From Octopus vulgaris (lineage: Eukaryota), in NCBI GenBank assembly GCA_951406725.2, contig OX597818.1, forward strand, positions 26,908,001 to 26,972,000: 64,000 nucleotides of DNA. Direction: 5' to 3'. Every line of letters begins with the position of its first letter. Position 1 is the stretch's first letter. Positions 39,217 to 51,200 of the stretch are shown in pieces. The position numbers were made by a program, and so were the translations under genes. The notes beneath the pieces are model-generated. The model ran no database searches. It was not told the DNA's origin and saw only the letters and a list, made by a program, of their open reading frames with translations.

Positions 39217-42200
39217 CACACACATTTCGCAGAGAAACTGAACATTCACGGAGATAAGCTATAATGAATATCTATATTTATAAATTTGTAAAGTACATCG
39301 AGAACCCCCTGCTCTCTATCTCGTTAGAAAACCACACACATACATACATACAAAAGCATGGGGCGATATTATAATTCTAACTTCAGGAAAAGAAAAGTGC
39401 TTTCACCTCAGTCCACTAATTGAAACTTATATGAATTCCAATTTGATAATATTACTTAATAGTATATCCATGATCGATTAGTTTATGGGCATATGTTAAA
39501 GATAAATTTTTATTTTTCATGTCATGTTCCGTTGCATGACCAACAACACATATTTATCTATTTTCCCTTTTACTGCTTAAAAAATAAATTTCAGTGCTAT
39601 CTTGGTCGACTGTCGTTCGTCCATCCCTTTTCCGCCATTACTGCAACTAAGTCGCCCGTTCCTCTCAGTCTATGATATTCAGAATATGAAGTGCATAACG
39701 TTTATTCACTGTTTTACTTAGAATTCATGTCTGTAGTTATCTCCAGTAACTTTATTCAATATTAAAGATATCTTCGATTCCTGTAATCTATTCAAATCAA
39801 GTTTCCTCCTTCATTGTACTAGACACGTGGATGTCTACAGAAATGCACTTTTAAAAATAGTTTCTTTGTTGCAAACGATATATAAATGCTGTACTTTGTC
39901 AAATGGTAGTATTGGCACAGTGCCAAATATAATGTACTATTATAATATTTCAAGTTTCCAAGATATCGTCCTTAATTTTTTCTTTTAATTTGGTTGGATT
40001 TAAAATAACGTAGCATATATATATATATATATATTGTATTTTGGAATACAATTTCTTAGGAAATTCAATCTCAATTTCTGTTGATAGATCAATTTTCGAT
40101 TATTGTTATTATACAGTAATGTAAAATCTGCAATGTCTATCTTCTAACGGTTATTTTCTCGTAAAATAAAATTTGCAATGTTTATCTTCTAACAATTATT
40201 TTCTTTTGATATCCGACTGCTACGACCTCAGTATTAGTAGCTATTTAAGATATTTGTAATTTTGGAAATTAGATTGTAATCGTTATTAGAAATAGCTCCA
40301 ACTATATAGGCGCAGGAGTAGCTGTGTGCTGGGCTCAGTCCCACTGCATGGCACCTTGGGCAAGTGTCTTCTAATATAGCCTCGGGCCGACCAAAGCCTT
40401 GTGAGTGGATTTGGTAGACGAAAACTGCAAGAAGCCCGTCGTGTATGTATGTGTGTGTGTATATATCTATCTATCTATATATATATATATAGTTTTCGCC
40501 ATGATAGATCGCTAGCCACTATACATTCTTTATTTTCTCTCCGTTTCTTTGTGTTCCTTTCTGTGGAAGAGCGTAGGCTCGAAACGTTAGACTTTTTCGC
40601 TTCTCGAGGGTTAAACTGATACATCTTTTTGTTGTCTACACCACCTATCTTCGTCTTTCTTTGTGTGAATTCTCCCCATATATATATATGTATATGTGTG
40701 TGTGTGTGTGTCTTTGTGTTTGTGTCCCCCTCCATCGCTTCACAACCGATGTTGTGTTTACGTCCCCGTAAATTAGCAGTTCGGCAAAAGAATCCGATAG
40801 AATAAGTACTAGGCTTACAAAGAATAAGTCCAGGTGTCGATTTGTTCGACTAAAGGCGGTGCCCCAGCATGGCCGCAGTCAAATGGCTGAAACAAATAAA
40901 AGAATAAAAATATATTTTAAGATTGTGGTATTAAGTCTAATCCCGTGTTTCATTGGTTTTATTGATTTCATTTGAGAAGTTTTAAAATTATATAACATAC
41001 ATTGCCATGCAATTCAGAAGTTTTCATACTACATGGTTCCGGAATCGATTCTATTGTGCGGCGCCTAGTGCAAGTGTTATCTGTAACTTTGACTTGAGTA
41101 AGGCTTTGATAAATTTGGTAGTGAATTTCGAAACCATATTATTGCATCGGTTTGTCTATATTGCTGTAAAATGGTGCGTCGAATTACGTCCCTTCCGATA
41201 ATCAGATCGGTAAAATATGTACTGGGTCGATATGATTGACTAAGACCTGTGAAAGCGGTGCCCAAGCATGGCTGCAGGCCTGTGGCAACCCAACCAATAG
41301 AATACTTAACTTCTCTATAATAAATAGTACGTTACTTTTTGATATTTACAATGTCTTTTTAGTTTATACTTTTAATGAAAATTATTCCTTTAAATAAAAA
41401 GTAATTTTACCTTGTAAGGAGTAACTAAACAAAAAGTTTTGCTATTGAACCACCACCTAAATAGTGTCAATTAAAATAGTTTGCAACAATTTATTTTAAT
41501 GGTACTTGAATATAGTAATTATTAACTGTAAGTTTTCACTAGATCATTTAAATTAACTTATCTTGTGTTGGAAAGCGATTTCATTTATCAATATAGAATA
41601 TTGCGGAATTTTACATGGTTTTAGTTTTTACATGCTGCATTTTAATTCTGTATTAGTTAAGGAATGGGATGGATTCATTTAGCCCTTTTGTTACTGCTTG
41701 AACTCATTTTGAAAATAAAGAATTTGGTAGGATTTAGTAAAATGATCTTACCCTTTTAATACCAACCAGCTCAGTTTAAAGGTATGTTTTTAATCAAAAC
41801 TGCCTTTCATGATTTTGTTGATTATAAACACTGGCTTTTAAAATTAGTTGAAAAGTATTCAGTTAGCCAAAAAGTTCAGTTTTTGTTGGCACTAAACTCC
41901 AAGCACTCTAATGAGTAGCTAACTTCAGTCTGTCCCTTGTGCATTAGCTACTTGACACTTAAACACAGTTTGCAGACTTGCTGCTATGAGAAAGGTTGCA
42001 TTTTTGTGTGCTTGGGATTACCCTGAAAATGGAAAACTAAACTGTTTTATTTTAAAAAAGGCAAGAAAGTGGCAGAAACCTGCAGGATGATATGTACTGT
42101 ATATGGAGAGGATGTTCTTATGGAATGTGTGTGCCAGAAATAGTTATCAAGTTTTTTGGTTCCAGATGCACCTTGTAGCTGAGATTAACAGCAGCATTAA

Positions 42201-45200
42201 TCCCCATTATACAACCAGGATATCCAAATTGAGTGTTGTAAACCATCTACATCAACTTAGGTCAGCAGGCTCAGTCTTTGGGTCTCTCACATCGAACGAG
42301 ACTGACCTCACGCAGCAGATTTCAGTCTGATTCGTTACAGAAATGTAAAGAAAACGTTCTTTTTTTTTTTGAGGAGAATGGTGGTCGGAGATGCAAAAAG
42401 AGTCATCTGTAACAATGTGAAATGCAAACAAATTATAGGGGAAGTGTGTTGAATCACCACAAACAACCGTCAGAGCAAAATTTCATTTGAAGTTTGTATT
42501 TTCAATTTGGGATTGGAAAAATGTCTTGCACGAGCTTTTCATGGACAGGACTATCAGTTTAGATGTGTGCTGTGACCAGCTGAACAAATTAAATGGAGTG
42601 ATTCACCAAAAGCTTCCAGCACTTGCTAATTATAAGGCAACTGTCTTTCATCACCACAGGTGTGGTAGAAGTTACTGGGGCTTCACTAGGTTTTGCCACA
42701 CCCTAAACATTGGCCCAAAATTGAACCTTGAGATTTTCACCTGGATGTGTTTTTTTACTGTAAAGACGGAAAATAATAGATCTGCCCACAAGATGGCAGA
42801 AGATACTGGAATGAAACAGTAATTATATCATTGACTAAATAAATCACTTTGTGTTTAAAACTGGTTTTATTTTCCCATAAAAAAGCTGAATGGACTTTTT
42901 GACCAATTCAGTACTTAATTAGAAATATGATAAAAAGTTAGCATACAAGTATTTTTGACTAAGTTGAATGAGACAAAGTAGATCAGTCTTCGGGTTGTAA
43001 TTTTTTGTCATTTTAGGTAAGACTAAAATATGCTGAAAATACTTTTGTATATCTTCAAGTAAATCAATTTGCCAGTTTCATCCTTTCCCAAGCCATATCA
43101 AGAGAAATTAAATACACAATCAGATAGCATTTTGTTTGAACACTTGTTTCTTCATTAGAAAATTTCAGTTTTCTTTCTTTTTTTACTGACAGGAAAACAA
43201 AACCAATATGAATGGAAATGCGTCTAGTGCATCTGATAGTGACAAAGTTGATCCCCAGGTGGAAATTGGTGCTTTTGGCAATTTCCGTATTTCTGACACC
43301 TCTATTCAAAAATTGAAAGGTATTGTTTTTTCTTTCTTCAGCTAAAACTCTTTTTTATTGTACTAATTTTCTCTGCTAATAAAGTCAATATGACAATTTC
43401 AATTCTGATAGTATATATTCAAATAAATATTTCCCCTAAAACTTGATTGGTTCAGTAAGTTGAATTTATGTTGGTATAGTATATAGAATAGATGGAATGT
43501 ATTGTATATATATATTCTATTAAGATTTTTATCTCTCTGTATGCAGGGCTTACGCAATGTATTTAATTCCTGCTCCCCTTTCTATTTATTTTATTTACTT
43601 ACAAGATATACTCAGTCTTCAACAGTTGACCATTTCATAGTTTCTTCTCTTCAAAACATAGCTATACACAGTGCTGTATAAATGTGAAATATAAATAGTT
43701 AAAATTGTGTAATCAGAACTAACCTGATTCAATAGGTATGCAATTTGGACCAAAGATCTGTTGAGTCAGTTAATGTGGAATATATGAGAATAAAGAGAAA
43801 AAATCCACTAGTATGGCATCTAATATAAACTGAATTGTGCATGTGAAGTAATATGAAGTGCTAACTAGTCAAAACCAACCATGGTTCACATGAAATTGTC
43901 AGAAGGCAGATTCATCGATACAAGAACTCATGCTTGCTGTCAGTAATAGCTAGGATCATGTCACTGTATTACAAAAGAGAAAACCAGATACATTGCTTTC
44001 CTGTTGCAAATCAGATATGTGTTACTACATCTTGCCATAAGTTCATCCATAAATTACATTCTTCACTTACGGCTACCATTATGGGCTTATATTTCATTAA
44101 TGACTGGCTATAAAGATTGTTGTACTGTACAGTTTACCATATAAAGACTTTGTGAGGTCTGTTATCCTTACAACTTTTCACTTTAGTTGCTGTTATTTTA
44201 GTCAGTGTAATACTGAAGACCAGCATTGATATGCATTATCTAAATTATTTAAATTAATCTTTCATATTTCAGCACTGTTTCATTATCTTATTGTCATTTA
44301 ATTTTTTGCAGCCAATGATATCAATTATCTTTTTCCAATTCAATCACAAACTTTTGATTATGTCTATGATGGCCACGATGTTATTGCTCAAGCACGTAAG
44401 TCCTGTTCCCTTCAGTTCTTTATGGTGTTGGTTTCATAATGCAATCTATGTTTTTGTCTATTGCTTAACCCTTTCGTTACTATATTTCTGACCAAAATAC
44501 ACCCCTTATGTGTTTCAATTAATTTCTAACATAATCATAAATTTAGTCTAGTTTCATTAAACAACTATAACTTTTTTATTTAGCAATATATTAATGTGAT
44601 TTTTGGAAGATAATTTAATGAAATGTTCTCAACCAATTCTATACTATAATTTTTGTCACAAAGTGACTCTAATTGCAGGTAGATACAGGTAAATTCAACA
44701 AAATATAAAATTATTAAAATTTTGTTCAAACATTGCTATAGAAAATGGGTTATTAGCTAATATTCAATTGGGTATACAACAAAATTTTACGATAGAATTT
44801 GTTATTCTGGGTAACTTTCTGATACCCATAATAATATTTATGGCAAAATAGTCTTAATTTCATTTAAGGTTGTGGGAAACCACAAACTATCCCTTCTTTC
44901 GCTTTGTTTGCATTTAGCGTAACGGTTCATTTCTGCCGTAATGATTTCAAATAGGCTCATTCGAAAAAGTAAAAAGAAATAGTCTAAGACTTTACTCTCC
45001 TGGGAAAGTCTGTGGCTTGGTCCAGTTTCTTCAGAAAAATCACCGAAAGAAACAGTATTAAATTTTCACTCCATTCAGGTGCCAATTCATTTTCTTTATC
45101 GCTGTCGGAGCTCTCTGATTCACTGTTTTCACTTTCGGAAAATGAAACATCAGATTCATTATCAAATACCACGTGCTTTTTTTTTTTTCAGTCATAGAGT

Positions 45201-48200
45201 TAGATTTATCAAGGTCTTCAGTAGAAAAGCCTTCGAATTCTGACTCGCTGCTTGATATAATGAAATTCGTATCCATTTTTTGTCAGAATTACAAATTTTG
45301 AAAACGCAATAGGAACAAATTTTGGGAAAAAATCTCCCAAAATTCACGGAATTAAAATTACACTTCGATCTTTGTACAAAACTGTAGATGAACTGTTTAC
45401 AAAGTATAATCACGTGTTTTCACGAATGTACTAAAGAGATTTGCTCTGATATTCTCATTTAAATATGAATAGGTAAATACGGGTGGGTTTGGTCACATTA
45501 ACCAAAATTTTTTTGGGCGGTTTGGTAACGAAAGGGTTAATCAAAGAAGTGCAGCACTTGTGACCCTTATCAGGTCCTTTGAAACTTGTGGAAGTGAGTT
45601 ATCCTCATATCAGAGACCCGGTTTTGAATGGTTGGAATAAAATATATTTCACTAAAGGCTGCTAATGACCAGTTGAAGGTGTTGTGCTACATGATAAAGT
45701 CTACCCCCCAAGAACAGTAATGGTCCTCCAGTGGGCTTCCACGCAGTTTTATCAACCAAATTCCACGAATAAGGCTAAGATTGAATCACGGCTACTTGCC
45801 CAAGATGCCAAAACACCATGTCTGCATTCATGCCTGTTGTAAACAGTAATATAATTTCACTATGTAAACACTTACTACACATTACCTCACAATCTTATGG
45901 AAATGTTCTCTAGATTTTATGGTAGTCCTTCTATTTAAACCTTAGTATTTTTACAGTGCTTTATCCTTTTTTGAAAAGAGTGCCAAATTTAGAAATTCAA
46001 ATATTCCAGATAACTCTGGAGGCTAATTGCTTTGCAAAATATAAACAAAGGAATAAGGAAGACAAATAATGAATTTGCAAATGTTAGTGTAAAATCCAGC
46101 ATTCTTCCTTTTTCCCATTAATATATTGTTTCTAGCTTACTGACCTACATGTGATTTTTTTTTAAAGCCACTTGTTTCATACTCTATAAAGATAATTGTT
46201 TTATATGCCAATAAAACCTGTCTAGGTAAGGAAGGAAGATTATAAGGCCAGATAAATGTTTTGGCTATACACAGACATTTCAAAAGTAAATAGGCACCAT
46301 TTTTGAAAGATTTATTTCTAGAAATCAAATAATATCAAGTGATGTGTTGAAATACCTAATCTAGTATTTAGTAGACATGCTTTGTCCAGTTTTTAATGAT
46401 TTAAACTGTTTGGGGATCTTACTCATGAGTAGGAGTGTCTGCTGCACACACGAAACAGTATAATGAGGAGTGTCTGAGGTGCCTGTGTATATCCTAGGCA
46501 ACCTCACAAAGTGTGTATGTCAAGTTATGTGGAGTTGTTTTATATGCTATCGAGTTCAATTGAAAATCCAATCCCTGCACGGTTCTTTCATGTCAGATAT
46601 TACAATTCTGTCATTTGTTCCAGTTGAATTTTGATTAAAATTTGTATTTCATAGTGATATTTAAACAAAAGTATAAATATTACATTCACCTGTATTTACC
46701 TGTAATTAGAATCCTGAATCATAAAATCCACCATAAATTTAAGTATCTTTTGCTAAGTTGATCCAAGCACCACCTTTAAATGTTGATAAACAAAAATGTT
46801 AATTCACGATTATTTTAGTATTTACTAATATACTTGAAAGTTTAAACAAAAAACACTGAATTATTTATTACATTCTTTGTCATCTGTTTCTTTGTAATTT
46901 ATTTTAACATTTTTCTGTCTTCAGGAACTGGCACTGGAAAAACAGTAAGTTTGCTCATTTGATGATTTCTTTGATTTTCATTCATTCATAACTGTGAATG
47001 AAAATTGTTGGTATATTTTGACTTTTGCATCTACACTTACAAAGTTAAGAAAACCACTTTTCATTCAAAAAAGTTACTTGGACCATCTTCATCCACATTA
47101 AAGTTTAGATAGAAGTGAATGACTTAAAATGATTTTGGTGTGTGTTACAGAATGACTGAAGGTGAAAGTAATTGTTTATTAGTTATATGGTCTTTGGAGG
47201 TAAATCTATTGAGATTAATGGATCAACCATGTCTGAACCTAATAATCCTCCACTAAATCTACCTCCATTATAGACATTCTTACATACAACTTTATTTAAA
47301 AGAGGAAGAACATATTGGATGATATAGTACATTGCTTGAAAAAAAGATGTCATATCATGACAGGAATTCTTTTCAGCACTAAACCTGCTTAATCAGTGCT
47401 GAACTGAGACTAAACATTCTTGTTCATGGGAGAAATGGTATTACTACTATTTAAATGTCCTTTAACTTAACTCTTTTGAGTGACGCAAAAGCGGTGGTTT
47501 GTGGAAAGATTATGATTTATTTATATTTTGAATGTAACTTCTCAACCATTGTTAATGGAATTTATATAGGTGTTGTTTAGAAAACAAATTTTAAGTATTC
47601 CTCTTATTTAATCAGCAACATTATATTAAAATTTTGTTTAGGGACAGTTAAACAAATTGTACCTTAATTATCTCTTTATAAATAGATGTTAACTGCTTTG
47701 TTTTATTTCAGCTTTCCTTTGTTTTGCCACTGGTAGAAAAACTGATTAAAAAAAAGAAAACAAAAGAAGGTCGAATGCCTAGGGTAAGAAAATAATTATG
47801 CTTTATGACACACCTCTGTAATAATTCTACATAATTCTTACGTTTTCAAAACTACCTAAGATTTCTGTTTGTATTTAAATCAAAATATTGATGAGAATCA
47901 TGATATTACATTAGTGATAACAGAATTTCATTTTGTAAACAAGCTGTAAACTATTGCCAGTTGTTTAGGATTTTTTGATAGTTTCCCCTCATCATTCCTA
48001 ACGCCAACCACTTCACAGAATGTACTGAATGCTTTTTAAGTGGCACCAACATGAGCACTTTTATGTGGTACTAGCATGGGTGCTTCTATGTGGCACCAGC
48101 ACGAGTACTTTTTCTGTGACACCAGCATGAGTACTTTTTCTGTGACACCAGCATGTACTAAGCCCCCAGGACAAGGACCCCTTTTTGAGAATAGGACGTA

Positions 48201-51200
48201 TAAGACATACCTGCATGTATGGACAGCCACAGTCTTACTTAGTTTGATGTATCTTCTCAAACAAACTGCTTGAAGTCTTGGTCTCTTGTTATATCCTCTG
48301 TGGGGCCCAACGTCTGAAGATCCTCTCATTACTTCATTCCATGTCTTCCTGTGTCTGCCTCTTCCACAGGTTCCTTCCACAATTAGATATTGGTATCTCT
48401 AAACAACTGTTCTCATTCATATGCTTTACATGAACCATACCAGTGCAGTCTTCTCTCGTGCACACTACAACTGATGCCTCTTACCTAATTTTTATCTTAA
48501 ATCATTTACATCATCATCATTGTTTAATGTCCGCTTTCCATGCTAGCATGGGTTGGACGATTTGACTGAGGTCTGGCGAACCAGATGGCTGCACCAGACT
48601 CCAATCTGATCTGGCAGAGTTTCTACAGCTGGATGCCCTTCACTCTGTTGTAAATGCATACTGACATTACCGATCCAGTGGAGTGTGCTAGTTTCATTTC
48701 TTTCAAGCCTTTGCATGTCCTCTGTAGTTGTAGCCCATGTATGCACGCAGGTATCATAGATCTGCTTTTCACTCTTAGGGAGAGGCTCTTTGTTAAAATA
48801 ACAGGCTGTGGTAGTGGAAGTGATGATAAATTGATTAAAAATAAAATAAAATGAAGCATTTGAAAGTATTTCTCATCCAATATTTTTGAAACTAACTACA
48901 CCTAATTGTTAAATCTTCAGAAATCACTCAAAATTTATTGACTATTTACATTAGTATATTTCCTTTCAAGTGTTCTCTATGACATTGGAGATCAATCAAT
49001 GTGCACAGTTCTTTTTTCTGCGCTTATTATAAAATAACTGCTATATCTGTTTATTATTATATATAGTCATATTTCAACAAAAATTTCACAATTATTTTAG
49101 AATTTAATTGAAACACATAATAGTGAAAGGTATGTTGAATAATTATTATTCTTTATATGATGTTTTGCATATATTTTCTGAATTTTATTTAAAAAAATTT
49201 TTTATTTCAATTCTCATGTTTTCTAGGTATTAGTCTTACTCCCGACTCGAGAGTTGGCTAAACAGGTATATGAAGATTTCTTAAAAGTCTGTGGAGAGCT
49301 TTCTGCCTTTTGCTTTTATGGTGGAGTACCATATGAACCACAAGGTTAGTAATGTTGGTTAATAATGTAAGGTGCATGCATACACATGTATTGTCATCTG
49401 TTTTTGCATTGGTTGTATTCCCTTTCCCCACCAGAAAGGGTTTTTTGAGGAGTTTTTTTTTCTATCAGTCTTCGCACAACAAAACCACTGAGTTACAAGA
49501 TTTATTATCTACAAAAGACTTATGGCAATGTAAAAACAAGCTGAGAAAGGTACTTGGGTACACACCACCTGCAGGCTTCCCTATTCTTTCCATCTAGCAG
49601 TTACATTCAAAATATTAGTCACCCTGACCTACACTTCCATGCTAATGTAGAAATTAACTTACACTTACATGCAGTAGAAATCATGAATTTGCAAAGTGAA
49701 TTTCATAAGTCATTTATATATACATACAGATACATACGCATGTGTGGAGGTGCGTAGGTGGAATGTAGTATACAGAAATCGACATATGTATGTTTAGGTG
49801 GCTCATCATGCAAAAGAAAGGCAGCCAGAAAATCTATGGCTGTTACAAGCTAGTATGGCTCAGTAGTATGTATATGCTTTTGTTTGTTGCTCTGTAGCTG
49901 TGAGCAAACATTGCCCCCACCCACCCCACCCAATAGAATATCAAGGGGGTGACACTTTGAAAGAAGACCTGCCTACACAAGCACTTGGTAATACTCAATG
50001 TTGGCTGAATAGACTGGAACATGAATGGAGTGGCCTTGCAAAAGCACAATGTACCATCTGGTCCTGGAATTGAACCCATAGCCTTCACTAAGCAGTATGC
50101 CTTCAATAATAAAATATATATTTTTGTGTGTACATTTATAGAATTCTATTGTGACATTACTGATTTGGTGTATACAGTTACAAATTAATTTTGTGAGGAC
50201 TGATTTTATTTGTAGCTTGTGAGCAATTTATAAAGCTCATTGATTATTAACAATAGTATTCTTAATGAAGCATTAATAAGTAATACTTATTTCAGTAATA
50301 TAAGCTATGGACACATAAGAGGTGCAGCAATGTCAAAGGTAGGCTAACTGGGAAGATAGTTTTTGTATGTGGCAGATGCTCGGGAGCATTAACCTCCGAA
50401 AATCTGCAGAAAACAACTTCCGTCACTTTCCAGGGGGAAAAACTAGAAGTAGTTGATAGCTTCCGTTATCTAGGTGACCAAGTCAGTAGTGGGGGTGGGT
50501 GCGCTGAAAGTGTAACTGCTAGAATAAGAATAGCCTGGGCAAAGTTTAGGGAGCTCTTACCTCTGCTGGTGACTAAAGGCCTCTCGCTCAGAGTAAAAGG
50601 CAGACTGTATGATGCGTGTGTACGAACAGCCATGCTACATGGTAGTGAAACATGGGCCGTGACTGCTGAGGACATGTGTAAGCTCGTGAGGAATGAAGCC
50701 AGTATGCTCCGATGGATGTGTAATGTCAGTGTACATACTCGACAGAGCGTTAGCACCTTGAGAGAAATGTTGTACCTAAGAAGCATCAGTTGTGGTGTGC
50801 AAGAGAGACGATTGCGCTGGTATGGTCATGTGGCGAGAATGGATGAAGATAGGTGTGTGAGAAAGTGCCACTCCCTAGCAGTTGAGGGAACCCGTGGAAG
50901 AGGTAGACCCAGGAAAACCTGGGACGAGGTGGTGAAGCACGACCTTCGAACTTTAGGCCTCACTGAGGAAATGACCAGCGACCGAGACCTTTGGAAATAT
51001 TCTGTACGTGAGAAGACCAAGCAGGACAAGTGAGCCCAGCCCACTTATGAATGCCTTTCCTCCCTTGGACACAAAGACCTGTTGAGGCAAGCGAAGTCGA
51101 TATAGAACCTCATCCGACGACAGGCACCCATGCCAACCCCCTTTGCCTGCGAAGACATGTTGGGGCAATCGAAACCGAATTGAACCAGCCAGGATCCCTG

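Noticed and set aside
44984-45413. Acidic ORFs ([17 protein letters not shown]...) as a host gene
   Set aside because: They lie inside the TIR-bounded piggyBac element, are frameshifted, and are duplicated at 54045.
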